Shown: positions 40,188 through 50,773, numbered from the stretch's first letter. The stretch: DNA of 64,000 nt from Candidatus Bathyarchaeota archaeon (GCA_963807605.1 CAWECG010000004.1:320001-384000), one strand, 5' to 3'. Translations and numbers: made by a program. The notes: generated from the letters alone by a model not told the origin.

Positions 40188-40831
40188 CTGAAGATAACTT
40201 CCCTAGCGCTGGCCATCAGAGAGTAGTCTTTGGGCGGCCTATACTTCTTGAATAAGTCGAGTCTTCCAGCGTCGTGTAGTCTGTTGTAGATCAGGATCCA
40301 GGCGCAATCGTTCTTCCAGCCGCCGACTTCGCATTTACCTTTGGCCTGACCGCCGCACGGTCCATTAAGTAAGCTCTTGCCACATCTTGCGATTGGACAT
40401 ATCCCGCCTGTATCGAAGAGGATGCAGTCTCCGCAAGCTCTACATCTCTCATAGTACCTTCCGATCCTCTCTACGGTACCGATGAACTGCGTATTACATC
40501 CGGGGATTGTATTTTTCTTTGATAACTCCGCTACAGTTTGTGTGGCCGTTCCACAGGACAGGACTAGAATAGCGTCCGAAGCTTCTACAGCGGGGCTATT
40601 TCTTTTAAGGTCTAGTCTTGTCAGCCTTTGGTCGCATACGGACTCGACTATAATCTGACCGGTTACTGACTTGCCCATCTTCTCGAGCTTTGAAGCATAA
40701 GACTTGACTTCTTCCTCTCCACCGGTCTTGCATTCTGTTGCACATGTGCCACAACCAACCAAGAACAGTTTGTTCAGGTTGCCGATCATCCGCTGGATCT
40801 CTTCATCGGGCTTTTGTGTGGTGATTATCAA
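40184..40831 (-). CDS. metV: MetV (MTHFR Fe-S/Zn partner subunit)
   Basis: GCGTCATEC, CRACGDC and CPIARCGKSLLNGPCGG motifs. Confidence 0.9.
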   Translation of the reverse strand: MIITTQKPDEEIQRMIGNLNKLFLVGCGTCATECKTGGEEEVKSYASKLEKMGKSVTGQIIVESVCDQRLTRLDLKRNSPAVEASDAILVLSCGTATQTVAELSKKNTIPGCNTQFIGTVERIGRYYERCRACGDCILFDTGGICPIARCGKSLLNGPCGGQAKGKCEVGGWKNDCAWILIYNRLHDAGRLDLFKKYRPPKDYSLMASAREVIFR

Positions 40832-41041
40832 GATCTTTTCACTTACCTAGAACTTTCATTTGAAAAAAATGAGGATGTGTAGATATAGTGGGAAGACTAT
40901 TCCTCAGACTAAGTGCCAACATTCTTTGGTTTCAGACCTATTGTCAGGTTTCTGATGACATACGTCATAGTTATTTAAAAACATTAAACGTCTCCGCTAG
41001 GAGTTTTCTGAGAAAAAGCCAGCGATATCGTATCGTGCTCT

Positions 41042-42382
41042 CTAGATCTTCCGCGCAGCCATCTCCGCTGCCGTGATAACGGGTTCCCAGTAATCGGCCA
41101 CCGGTGGGGAGTAACACGTGTCAGATGAACTAGCCTCTTGTACAGTCATTCCTTTCTGGATCGCAATTGATGCCATGTTTATTCTTTGAGTGACCTCTTC
41201 GCCTCCAACGATCTGGACCCCAATTATTCTTCCTTGTTTTGATTCGGCGATGACTTTGACTCTTATGTCCAATCCGCCAGGGTAGTAGTGCGCTCTAGTC
41301 TTGGCTGTTATGTTGCCAGTGACTGTCTCGATACCGGCATCTTTTGCTCTACTCTCTGTAAGTCCGGTCTGTCCGACCTCTATGTTCAGGAAACGTGTTA
41401 TCGCTGATCCTAGAAATCCAGGTAGTGCAGAGTGACCGCCCGCAGCGTTGATACCCGCAGTTCTTCCTTGTCTGACCGCGGAGGTCCCAAGCTGAGGAGA
41501 GCAAGGTCTGCCAGTTATCAGGTGTGTTGTTTCTGCACAATCTCCAACGGCATATATTCCTTCCAGATTTGTGCGCATCTGACCGTCCACTCTCACGCAG
41601 CCTGTTTTGCCTATTTCCACGCCTATTTTCTTTAGCAGTTCGACCTCTGGTCTTATTCCGGCGGCCAGTATTACGATGTCGGCCTCGATCTTGGATCCGG
41701 CCACGGAAACTCCTGAGACTGATCTATTGCCAACTATTTCCTCCACGCCTTTTCCAACTATGACTTCTATGCCATTCTTAGTCAAATGGTCGTGAACTAG
41801 CTTGGCCATATCCGAATCTAACATCATAGGAAGAACTTGTGGGAGTAACTCCACCACAGTTACTGTGAGATCTCTTTCCTCGAGTGCTGCTGCAACTTCA
41901 AGACCTATTAGACCGGCACCGATTACGACGGCTGATTTTGATTTCGGGATTTGAGCGTCTATTGCTTCACAATCAGGGATAGTCCTTACGACGTACACAC
42001 CAGTCTTGTCAGAACCTTTTATGCGGGGTTTTGCAGCTCTGGCTCCCGTCGCTATAATGAGACTATCATAGCTCAAGCGCGTGACATTGCCATTCTTGCT
42101 CCTAACACCAACCGTTTTGTTTGAAGCATCAACATCTAATGCTCTTGTCTCTAGGAGGAGATTCAGCTTCATCATGCGGTAAAATTCTGAAGGATAAAGG
42201 ACTAGGTTGTTGAATGCAGGTATCTCTCGGCCTAGAACAAATGGCAAGCCGCATCTTGAATAAGCGGCGTAAGCTTCTTCTGTTACGAGAGTAATCTCCG
42301 CTGTTCTGTCAGTCTTCCTGGCTGCTGCTCCGGCGCTTACCCCTGCAGCCCCAGCTCCGACGATGAGGATCTTTCGGGCCAA
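41042..42382 (-). CDS. FAD-dependent pyridine nucleotide-disulfide oxidoreductase (Nox/CoADR family)
   Basis: GAGAAG, YSRCGLP, GAGLIGLE, YAVGDC and YSPP motifs. Confidence 0.9.
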   Translation of the reverse strand: MARKILIVGAGAAGVSAGAAARKTDRTAEITLVTEEAYAAYSRCGLPFVLGREIPAFNNLVLYPSEFYRMMKLNLLLETRALDVDASNKTVGVRSKNGNVTRLSYDSLIIATGARAAKPRIKGSDKTGVYVVRTIPDCEAIDAQIPKSKSAVVIGAGLIGLEVAAALEERDLTVTVVELLPQVLPMMLDSDMAKLVHDHLTKNGIEVIVGKGVEEIVGNRSVSGVSVAGSKIEADIVILAAGIRPEVELLKKIGVEIGKTGCVRVDGQMRTNLEGIYAVGDCAETTHLITGRPCSPQLGTSAVRQGRTAGINAAGGHSALPGFLGSAITRFLNIEVGQTGLTESRAKDAGIETVTGNITAKTRAHYYPGGLDIRVKVIAESKQGRIIGVQIVGGEEVTQRINMASIAIQKGMTVQEASSSDTCYSPPVADYWEPVITAAEMAARKI

Positions 42383-42531
42383 GATATCTTCATTCCCTGT
42401 GACGAGATGGCGTTGCGTAATGAACATGTTGCCTAAAAGCTTTGGTCAGGCAAGTGCCTATCGCTTCGCTTCTGAAAATGAACTTTCATAATCTGAAATG
42501 GAAGTGAGAAAACAGCGTGCGCTAGCAGGAC

Positions 42532-43494
42532 CTATACTTTACGTAACCCGAGCGCGTCCCTGAGTACCGCCTCATTGATTTTTCCTGAACTGTATGTGAG
42601 TCCTGTCTTGACATTGCTTATTGTAACCACAGCCGGGGCGAAGAGATTTGGATCTATCTTGTAAAAGTCGAACTCGGCTTCCTTGAGTATGTCATAGAAG
42701 GGTTTGCCATAGTCCCTTGAGCTTGATGAAGGGGCTTTGGCAACAGTCTTCTGAAGCGACTCGTCATCATCACATACGACCGTATAATGAGTAACACCAC
42801 CATAGAGTATTGCATCATTGGTCCTGCCCATTGCCTTCGCTGAGTTTGGATGCACCGGCGGGAGCGGCGCGTATCCACAGCCGAAGGTTATGGTTTTGGG
42901 ATCGAGTCCTAGTTCAGTTAATTTGTGAATGCCGGTTTCCACAACTCTCCCAGCTATTTGAATCGAACCTACTAAGCAAGAGGTAGGCGCGATTATCACA
43001 TAGAGGTTCTCAGGTGACACTCTGCACTCCTCACTCATGTAATCTATCGCTTTCTGTGTCGGAGGCTTGTCCGATTCGAGCAGTATTACAGCCTCTTCAG
43101 ATCGATCTTGATAGTTTATCTTCTCGTATAGTGCCTTGGGTTTGAGTGCTAGAGCTCGTGCTGGTCCGGATCCCATTGCGAAGTAATCGTTCGTCTTGAT
43201 CTGCCAACCTGCGTACTGTGAACCTAGAGTCGCTACCGCGGGTGCCCAAGTTTCGACGAAGATCGATGGCAAGTATTCTCCGCCGTAATTCTGGTAATCT
43301 ATTCTGGCTTTTCCAAGTCCGCCTAAGCAGATGTCTGTGATCAGAATTCCTGCTAGCGACCCGCCGGGAGCCTTGATTCCAGCGTCCACCATGACACAGT
43401 TTCTGTCCGACTGAACGGCTATTCCATAGGATTCTGGATCCCGAATGACATTCTTAATCAGTCTGGCTGCCTCGGCATTCACACTCTTAGTCAT
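42532..43494 (-). CDS. mch: Methenyl-H4MPT cyclohydrolase
   Basis: GSQYAGW, GSGPARAL, RVVETG, MGRTND and FYKID..LFAPA motifs. Confidence 0.95.
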   Translation of the reverse strand: MTKSVNAEAARLIKNVIRDPESYGIAVQSDRNCVMVDAGIKAPGGSLAGILITDICLGGLGKARIDYQNYGGEYLPSIFVETWAPAVATLGSQYAGWQIKTNDYFAMGSGPARALALKPKALYEKINYQDRSEEAVILLESDKPPTQKAIDYMSEECRVSPENLYVIIAPTSCLVGSIQIAGRVVETGIHKLTELGLDPKTITFGCGYAPLPPVHPNSAKAMGRTNDAILYGGVTHYTVVCDDDESLQKTVAKAPSSSSRDYGKPFYDILKEAEFDFYKIDPNLFAPAVVTISNVKTGLTYSSGKINEAVLRDALGLRKV

Positions 43495-43504
43495 GAGAAT
43501 CAGC

Positions 43505-44335
43505 CTATGCCTCTATGAATTTCTCATACCACTTCAGTTGAGGATTACGTTCAACACCCACAAACAATCTACCGTTTCCGTCTTCATTGTTATCGCCTGA
43601 GAAGGCATAGAAGGGCCCTTGGACGCTCTCTTTCTCAATCTTCGTCTGTCCTCTAACGTCATCGAATGAGAAGCTGGGGAGTATTGTCGGCAGATTTCCG
43701 GAGATTATGATCCTTCCCCCGGTCATGTGTGCTCCGGCTCTTCCGTAGCAGTCTCCAGCGATATGGATCGTTCCTCCTCGCATGTGCACTCCAGGAAACA
43801 TCTCTGAGTTTCCAGAGATCCTTATGGCTCCCGAGTGCATCCAAGCGCCAGTCTCGCTACCCGCATTGCCCTTTATCGTAATGCTTCCTCCCACCATACC
43901 CTTGGTCGTTCCACGACTAGCAGCGCCCACAAAGTCACCCGTGTTCCCTGAGACTTTTATGGCACCACCTTTCATGTTTGAGCCGAGCCAAGAACCAGCG
44001 TCACCCTCGACGAGTAGGGTTCCACCTTTCATCGATTCACCAATGTAAATGCCACCCGTACCTTTGACGTGTACCGTGCCTGCGGTCATTCCGAATCCTA
44101 TACGTCGGGTCTTCGACAGGTCGCCAACAATTTCGAGTGTGACCTCATTGGGATTGCCGCTGGTGTTGCCCTCAACTTTGAAGAGGGTCCTCAGTCTAAC
44201 TTGTCTATTGCCCTCCCATACTTCAGCGTTAGATATCTCTGTCGTTTTCTTGCCCGCAAGGGTGTCTGGTGAGAGAAGATCTAGATGAACGGGGTTTCGT
44301 ATCACACGTTTCAATGTCAGGACAAGTTTAGACAT
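43505..44335 (-). CDS. fwdC: Formylmethanofuran dehydrogenase subunit C
   Basis: Repeated G..M.GG.I.I.G beta-helix motif. Confidence 0.93.
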   Translation of the reverse strand: MSKLVLTLKRVIRNPVHLDLLSPDTLAGKKTTEISNAEVWEGNRQVRLRTLFKVEGNTSGNPNEVTLEIVGDLSKTRRIGFGMTAGTVHVKGTGGIYIGESMKGGTLLVEGDAGSWLGSNMKGGAIKVSGNTGDFVGAASRGTTKGMVGGSITIKGNAGSETGAWMHSGAIRISGNSEMFPGVHMRGGTIHIAGDCYGRAGAHMTGGRIIISGNLPTILPSFSFDDVRGQTKIEKESVQGPFYAFSGDNNEDGNGRLFVGVERNPQLKWYEKFIEA

Positions 44336-44338
44336 TCT

Positions 44339-46036
44339 TCAGATATCCGCCTCACACGTGATCTTGGAGGGGTTTCTGAGAAAGTTCTCAGATATTGGGT
44401 AATTGTCAAGTTCTATTGTGTAGTAGTCCCTGAACTTTGATTCGATCTCCTTCAATAGATCGGTCTCGAGACTAGGCGAGACATCACTTTCAACATAGAA
44501 GGTCTTTCCAAACGACGTTCCTGCTATCCTTCCATCTTTGGAGACGACATTACCACCTTTGATGGTGAAGGATGCCTCCTTGAACGCCCTCCTCAAGATA
44601 ATGGGTTTCTTTTCGAGGTCTGTCTTTGACGGATCTAAGTCGTAGATTGCAACGTCGGCATCGGCGCCTACAGCGAGGTGACCTTTATTCGCTAGGCCAA
44701 GAGATCTTGCAGGCGCAGCCCTCGTTACCGCTGAGATCTCTCCCAGCGTGTACTCTCTGTCAATGGTCGGAAGATCCAGCCTTCTCCTTGCGGTTCGGTT
44801 GATCTTTGACATCGTCTTCTCACGGGCTTTGCGACTCATCAGCCATGCGATAACTTTGGGGTATGATGTGAACGGGCCGCCGTTTGGGTGATCTGTTGTC
44901 ATGAAGACCCTCCAAGGATCGTCTACTAAGAGAGCGAGCTCAAGCCCTATTCCCCATTGGACAGCGTTTACGTAGTTGCTTCTCTTGTAGTGGAATGGAA
45001 CAACTCCTGAGCCTGTCTCAGCCTCGACGTCTACGTTGACCCATTTGTTTCCTGACAGTTTGTGAAGGAAGTATTGGAATGGGCCGTCAGCAGTCATGGT
45101 TGTTGTGTCGCCGAATATTACCTGACCCATATCCACAGATACGTGGTGGTTCTTGTTGACGTAGTCGGCTATCTCTGGAGCTCCCGAGCCTAGGTTCAGC
45201 CATGATGAGCCTGAGAATCCTGTGAATTGCACGTGGGTGATGTGAATTATCGGTCTCTTCCCGTCCCAGAGATCCTTGACTGCCTCCATAGTCTCGATCG
45301 TTGTTCGATAGTTCCCTGGATTACCAAGATTGTTAGTATGGACGTGAATTATGTGTGGCAGGTTCAGGATCTTGTTGACCTTGCATAGACCTCTAACTAT
45401 TTCTCTCGGGGTTATGTCGAAGTTTGCCACTGGATCGTCCAAACCTCGTAGGAATCTTCCCCAGCCCCATGCCTCAACGCCTCCAGGGTCGACAATCTTG
45501 ATAGCATATCCCTTGGTTGCCTTTAGCATCCAAGAGACGTAGGCAGCGCACTCGTTGATCTTGCCATCTCTTAGATACTCCATCACCAACCAGTTGTTTC
45601 CGAGGAGCGGGAAACATGCCTTGTCAATCAGTGGAATCGAGTCGAGTTCTTCGTGTGTATGTCTTGTCTTGAGGGGCGGAGTTGCAGGTTCAAAGACGGT
45701 GGTGTATCCCATCTTTGCGTAACGGTAACCTGTTGTCCTGGTTGATGGGACAGAATAGCCGACCCCTGAGAAGGTACGTTCCGTCTTTAACTCAACATCT
45801 TTTCTGTGATCCTCGGGGCGGAGAAGCCTTCCAGCATTGACCTTCGATCCGGCTATGTGAGAATGAATGTCAACGCCACCTGGCATGACGGTCTTTCCCG
45901 ATGCGTTGATGGTACGTGCCTTCTTCCCAACAGAGGTGACTATCTTGCCGTCTCGAATGAATATGTCCAGTTTCTCTCCGTCGATCCCATTTAGTGGGTC
46001 GTAGACTTTTCCGTTAACAACCGCCAATTCCCTCAT
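44339..46036 (-). CDS. fwdA: Formylmethanofuran dehydrogenase subunit A
   Basis: DIHSHIAG, RPEDH, NLGNPGN and TTDHPNGGPF motifs. Confidence 0.95.
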   Translation of the reverse strand: MRELAVVNGKVYDPLNGIDGEKLDIFIRDGKIVTSVGKKARTINASGKTVMPGGVDIHSHIAGSKVNAGRLLRPEDHRKDVELKTERTFSGVGYSVPSTRTTGYRYAKMGYTTVFEPATPPLKTRHTHEELDSIPLIDKACFPLLGNNWLVMEYLRDGKINECAAYVSWMLKATKGYAIKIVDPGGVEAWGWGRFLRGLDDPVANFDITPREIVRGLCKVNKILNLPHIIHVHTNNLGNPGNYRTTIETMEAVKDLWDGKRPIIHITHVQFTGFSGSSWLNLGSGAPEIADYVNKNHHVSVDMGQVIFGDTTTMTADGPFQYFLHKLSGNKWVNVDVEAETGSGVVPFHYKRSNYVNAVQWGIGLELALLVDDPWRVFMTTDHPNGGPFTSYPKVIAWLMSRKAREKTMSKINRTARRRLDLPTIDREYTLGEISAVTRAAPARSLGLANKGHLAVGADADVAIYDLDPSKTDLEKKPIILRRAFKEASFTIKGGNVVSKDGRIAGTSFGKTFYVESDVSPSLETDLLKEIESKFRDYYTIELDNYPISENFLRNPSKITCEADI

Positions 46037-47343
46037 TACCTGTTCCTCCGGATGGCCTTCAAACGTTTAAGGAGGGCATGCAAGATCTCGACATCAGTCT
46101 TGACTCCTTTCGGTGGATCAACTAGCTTTCTTGTCTCAAGCACAACTCCGTCCATGCGGTATACTGTTCCGGTCGTCTCTATTCCGACATGGGCAGAAGG
46201 AATTACTACGTCAGAGCACATTGTGGTGGGGGTTACGTGTGGATCGATTGATATCAGTGGAACCGAGGTGAGATTGCGGGCTGCCTGGTAGGGAAGGTTT
46301 GATACTGGATCTGAAGCAACGATCAAAGCTGAGTCACACTCTCCTCTTGACAACAGATCGACTGCTGAGGTCTCTCCTGGACTGTATCTGGGGAATCCTT
46401 GTGTGAAGTCTATGGCGTAGGGATAGCCGGTAAGCCAAGTGGCAACGTTGTTGGCGCCGTTTACATTAAAGTGCCCGCGCATAGGCATTATTACGAACTT
46501 CGTCTTGGAATTCAATTCACGAACCAGTGATAGTGCAGCATCGAGATTCTTGCTCTTGCCTGCGCTCATTGTTAGACCAAGACCAAAGAAGAGGGCCCCA
46601 AATTCGCAGTTGATCATTTTCTCTGCGATTTCTTCAATCTTATCTACTGGCACGCCAGCAATTTGGTCCTGTTCAATTTCATCGCCACGTACTGCAGCTC
46701 TTAGAGCCGACAGCAATTCGTAATCTTTGTTCGGCTCTGCCTGAACGAATATATCTGCCAGTTTTGCCGTGTCTGTCTTTCTGACGTCAACTACGATTAG
46801 TGTTCTTTCGGATCTGGATCTTCGAAATCTGCCTTTGCTCAGTACAGTATACCGAAGCATGTGGAGGGGATGGGCGTGAACTGGATTGCATCCCCAATAG
46901 ACTACTAAGTCTGCGCGATGTCGGATCTCACCCAATGTGCATGACGATTCCCCAATTTCATGAATGCCCAGAATGGCAGGTCCATGACAGGTTGATGTGG
47001 TGTTGTCGATGAAACCTCCAGCCTCCTCGGCCAGCTCAACCCCTACCTCAGTGGCTTCACAGCTTGTAAGACTCCAGCCGTAGAATAGCGGCGATCTAGA
47101 CTTCGCAAGCGTCTTCGCCGTGAAATCAATCGCCCTCGCATAGGTGCAACTTGACAGCTTGTTTTTCCGGCGGATCATTGGTTGCGTCAATCGCTCGTTC
47201 ATGTAGCCGAGAAACTTGCTTGTGGACATGGCGCACGCGTTCTTGACACCAGCAATAGCATTGCCCTTCACCGTTGCCTCTATATTGTCACAACAGCAAC
47301 CGCACACTGTACAGACAGCACTCTTGATGACTTGTTCTTTCAA
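46036..47343 (-). CDS. fwdB: Formylmethanofuran dehydrogenase subunit B (Cys form)
   Basis: CTVCGCCCD, CHGP, WGCNP and PMRGHFNV motifs. Confidence 0.93.
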   Translation of the reverse strand: MKEQVIKSAVCTVCGCCCDNIEATVKGNAIAGVKNACAMSTSKFLGYMNERLTQPMIRRKNKLSSCTYARAIDFTAKTLAKSRSPLFYGWSLTSCEATEVGVELAEEAGGFIDNTTSTCHGPAILGIHEIGESSCTLGEIRHRADLVVYWGCNPVHAHPLHMLRYTVLSKGRFRRSRSERTLIVVDVRKTDTAKLADIFVQAEPNKDYELLSALRAAVRGDEIEQDQIAGVPVDKIEEIAEKMINCEFGALFFGLGLTMSAGKSKNLDAALSLVRELNSKTKFVIMPMRGHFNVNGANNVATWLTGYPYAIDFTQGFPRYSPGETSAVDLLSRGECDSALIVASDPVSNLPYQAARNLTSVPLISIDPHVTPTTMCSDVVIPSAHVGIETTGTVYRMDGVVLETRKLVDPPKGVKTDVEILHALLKRLKAIRRNR

Positions 47344-47371
47344 GTGTCCCTCACCGATGTCTTTCAATAGG

Positions 47372-47773
47372 TTAGTGACTCTTCCCAAATGATCTTGTGA
47401 CCAGCTCATCCACGCTGAGGACTTTTTCGCCTGTCGCTGACTCTAACGTTGCGGGGACTCCCTTGTAGGAGGGCATACCTGTCCCATCTGTATCGCAACC
47501 TGAAAGCTGCGTAGCCCAGAGGCTGTAAGGCATGAAAATGATTCCTTGCGGGAGGAGTTGAGTGGGAGCGATTGCCTTCACAACAACAGAGCCGTGTTCA
47601 GTAATGACTCGAATGTTCTGACCAGGGGTTACACTGATCTTTTCAAGATCAGTACTGCTGACCTCGCAACAGGCTACAGCCTGAAGGTACGCTTCAGAGA
47701 GTTTTCCATGCTCCTTTGTTCTTCCCTGGCTCAGACTTCTCCCGGTCAGCAAAGTGACTTGTACTCTTGTCAT
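47372..47773 (-). CDS. fwdD: Formylmethanofuran dehydrogenase subunit D
   Basis: LLTGRSLSQG, IFMPY and TGMPSYKG motifs. Confidence 0.9.
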   Translation of the reverse strand: MTRVQVTLLTGRSLSQGRTKEHGKLSEAYLQAVACCEVSSTDLEKISVTPGQNIRVITEHGSVVVKAIAPTQLLPQGIIFMPYSLWATQLSGCDTDGTGMPSYKGVPATLESATGEKVLSVDELVTRSFGKSH

Positions 47774-47958
47774 GATGAATGCTTCCAAGCATGGGAGTTT
47801 TAGCACTGACTTCAGTGAAGCCTTATCTAAGAGTTTCCCACGCGGAGAACTCTCAACATTGTCACGGGGCTACGCACCCGCATAGCAGGAAAGTAAGGAA
47901 ACTAAGATCCGATGTTATCGAGGGTGTGCGCGACGGCAGCGCTCCAAGCTATGGCCAC

Positions 47959-48078
47959 GCCGGCACGACAAGCACAAAATAGCATAATCTAACGGTTCAA
48001 ATTACGATGCTCTCACCAAAGGTCACACACACAAGAAAATTACAAAGCCTAGCAGTTCAAATCATGGTGCTCTCACCA
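47959..48078. repeat. Degenerate 60-bp tandem duplication
   Basis: CTAACGGTTCAAATTACGATGCTCTCACCA (47989) versus CTAGCAGTTCAAATCATGGTGCTCTCACCA (48049), 25/30 identical. Confidence 0.65.
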
Positions 48079-48149
48079 GCTAAGGCGACGACGACGGACG
48101 CTAGGCCCGCTTCGCTCGCCATTCATGTCCATGGGAAGAAAACCCCTCT

Positions 48150-48695
48150 CTAAGTTGCTACCTGTCCGTTTTCTGCCCCAGTTGAAGATGCCAGTATATC
48201 CATAATATCCTTGAACTTGTCGGTTGTTTCAAGAAAGGCGTCGAGGATAGTTGTCCACAATCGTTTGTAGTTGACTGAGGTAGGTTTCTCGTTGAAGAAC
48301 TGCATCGCGTTGAAAGCCTTTGCATCCGCATCATGGATGGGATAGCTTGTTCTTAGTTTTCTAATGTTGGTCCAAACGTCAAGAATTCTGTCAAGGCCTG
48401 CGATACTTCTCTCCTTGGCCCAACGCTTCATAATGATTATCGTTCCAGAATCGTCCTTTTCAAGAGCCTTCTTGGTTTCTGGGTTTCTTATGAGCTGCAG
48501 TAACGGAGTTCTCGGAGCGTCGAAAACCTGCGCAAGTGCTGCTATCTTGTGTGTGAAGTTCTCCGCTATCATACATGGGCTTGCTATGTTCTCGTTCAAT
48601 CTAATATCGAGCGCAAATATTTTGGCTTTGAATTTCCACTGAAATGTTTTGTTGCGCGCGCGCCCAGACAGAAGATTCTTACCCTTAGAAACCAC
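48150..48695 (-). CDS. Hypothetical protein, possible HEPN-like fragment
   Basis: Helical protein with IRKLRTSYPIH (R-x5-H). Confidence 0.5.
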   Translation of the reverse strand: MVSKGKNLLSGRARNKTFQWKFKAKIFALDIRLNENIASPCMIAENFTHKIAALAQVFDAPRTPLLQLIRNPETKKALEKDDSGTIIIMKRWAKERSIAGLDRILDVWTNIRKLRTSYPIHDADAKAFNAMQFFNEKPTSVNYKRLWTTILDAFLETTDKFKDIMDILASSTGAENGQVAT

Positions 48696-48837
48696 CCGTA
48701 ACTCCTCTTATTCTCGCTACTTGTCTTAGCAAACGAGCCCTAGCAGAAGTTGGAGTCACATTTTCCAATACTGAACAGGATAGGTGATGAATAATCTGCT
48801 GGTGATCAGAGCTTCTTGGAGTTCCAATTCATTTTCT

Positions 48838-49692
48838 TCAAATTCTTGCGAGTTTCAGAAGTCTTTCGTGCTCAATCTTCTCCATGTGAATGGAATGTAC
48901 GTCCTCTGGGAATTTACCTTCCTGAACCTCCGTTCTGTAGTTATTGAGGGCATCTAGCATCGAATCGTGCAGGCTGGCATACTGTTTCGCGAACTTCGGC
49001 GTCAAACCTAGTGATAGGCCAAAAATATCTGATATGTTAAGCCCCATTCCGTCGCAATAGGGACCTGAGCCCCATCCCAGGGTTGGAATGGCCAGTCTCT
49101 TTGAGATTATATCAGCCAATTCTGCGGTTGCAAATTCTATGACGACTGCTGAAGCCCCGTTCTGTTCAACGGCGACAGCATCGCCCAGTATCTTTTGAGC
49201 ACTCTCAGCTGTTTTACCCTGAACTCTGTATCCGCCTGAAAGTATCGCGGTCTGAGGAGTTAATCCGATGTGACCTATCACGGGGATGCCTGCACTACTT
49301 ATCGCCTTGACCTTATCACAGACTTCTATGCCACCTTCCAGCTTGACGGCATCAGCCCCCGCCTCCTTCATGAAACGTCCCGCGTTCCTCAAAGCGTCTT
49401 CAACACTGGCGTGATACGACATGAATGGCATATCGGCCAGTATCAGCGAGTGTGGTGCTCCTCTCACCACCGCTTTGCAGGCAATCACCATCTCATCCAT
49501 TGTAACTGGTACTGTGCTGCTATATCCCAGAGCAGTCATGCCTACGCTGCCATCACCGACCAAGATCACATCAACTCCAGCGCTATCAGCAAAAAAAGCG
49601 GTTGGGTAATCGTATAAGCTAACCGCAACTATCTTCTTCTTATTCTTCTTCATATCCAGCAAGTGACGGATAGTGACTTTTTTTCTCTCCAT
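48838..49692 (-). CDS. panB: 3-methyl-2-oxobutanoate hydroxymethyltransferase family protein
   Basis: YD, ILVGD, ADMPFMSY, VKLEGG and HIGLTPQ motifs. Confidence 0.9.
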   Translation of the reverse strand: MERKKVTIRHLLDMKKNKKKIVAVSLYDYPTAFFADSAGVDVILVGDGSVGMTALGYSSTVPVTMDEMVIACKAVVRGAPHSLILADMPFMSYHASVEDALRNAGRFMKEAGADAVKLEGGIEVCDKVKAISSAGIPVIGHIGLTPQTAILSGGYRVQGKTAESAQKILGDAVAVEQNGASAVVIEFATAELADIISKRLAIPTLGWGSGPYCDGMGLNISDIFGLSLGLTPKFAKQYASLHDSMLDALNNYRTEVQEGKFPEDVHSIHMEKIEHERLLKLARI

Positions 49693-49788
49693 GACCCCAC
49701 TTCCCCTACGGAAATACATGCTTACGATATAAGACTGTTAACGCTCGATATCCAAGCATCGACTCGTGAGACTTGTCATTAATGTCGC

Positions 49789-50757
49789 TCACATTGATTT
49801 CTTCTTGATGACTTCTTTCGCTGCTTTCACAATGTCGGCACTTGACATGTTGTACTCGGCAGCCAGTTCATCCATACTTCCCGTCTGACCGAATCTGTCT
49901 CTGACACCCACTCGACGTATTGGAACTGGATAGTTTTCTGATACCACCTCGGCCACAGCACCTCCCAATCCACCTAAGATGTTGCTGTCCTCCGCCGTTA
50001 CTATGGCTCCTGTCTCTTTGGCAGCGTTTTCGATGGCGCGTTCATCCAAAGGTTTGATTGTGCTGATATTGATGACTCTGCTATCAATGCCTTCGTTCTC
50101 TAGGATGGTGGCGGCCTCCAGAGAACTTCGTACCATGATGCCAGTGGAGATTATTGCTACGTCTTTTCCTTCTCTCAAAATTGTAGCTTTACCTATCTCA
50201 AACCGATAATCGTCTCTGAATAGAACTGGCACTCGAGGCTCGGCTAACCTGATGGCGACTGGTCCAACGTGTTTAGCAGCTGCAACGGCGGCTTTCTTTG
50301 CTTCAATTGAATCTGAGGGGGAGATCAAGACGAGATCCGGTACGGCACGCAAAGAGGCTATGTCTTCAATTATCTGGTGGGATCCGCCCATGAATGTCCA
50401 GAACATGCCTGTGTTGCAGAGAATCATTTTCACGTTCAATCGGTCAAAGGCGATTTGTCTTATTTGGTTGAATGCTCTTCCAACAGCAAAGATGCTGTGG
50501 CAATGCGTGAAAGGTATTTTACCTGCCTCTGCCAATCCTGCAGCCACAGTCATCATGTCGGCTTCCGCGATGCCGAGGTTATATATCCTATCGGGGTATT
50601 CTCTTTTGAAAACAGGACCGACCTCGTCTTGAGGAAAATCCGCATACAGAACCACAATGTCCGAGTTTGCTCTAGCAAGTTCAATCAGAGCCTCGTTGTA
50701 ACCCTTGTACATTGATTTCAGTTCGCCTGGCTGCTCTCTAAGATATTTCAAGTTCAT
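49789..50757 (-). CDS. Split transketolase, C-terminal (pyrimidine-binding) subunit
   Basis: GIAE, GRAFNQIR, GGSHQ and TIKPLD motifs. Confidence 0.9.
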   Translation of the reverse strand: MNLKYLREQPGELKSMYKGYNEALIELARANSDIVVLYADFPQDEVGPVFKREYPDRIYNLGIAEADMMTVAAGLAEAGKIPFTHCHSIFAVGRAFNQIRQIAFDRLNVKMILCNTGMFWTFMGGSHQIIEDIASLRAVPDLVLISPSDSIEAKKAAVAAAKHVGPVAIRLAEPRVPVLFRDDYRFEIGKATILREGKDVAIISTGIMVRSSLEAATILENEGIDSRVINISTIKPLDERAIENAAKETGAIVTAEDSNILGGLGGAVAEVVSENYPVPIRRVGVRDRFGQTGSMDELAAEYNMSSADIVKAAKEVIKKKSM

Positions 50758-50773
50758 CTTCCTTCCTTGAAGA

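Noticed and set aside
46036-47343. Selenocysteine in FwdB
   Set aside because: The ligand position is an ordinary Cys (TCHGP) and there is no in-frame TGA.
47989-48078. Mini-CRISPR (30-bp repeat, 30-bp spacer) or integron attC site
   Set aside because: Only two copies with 5 mismatches, the flanks also look duplicated, and there are no cas or integrase genes. ATCTAAC-GTTCAA spacing does not fit attC and no matching R' box was seen.
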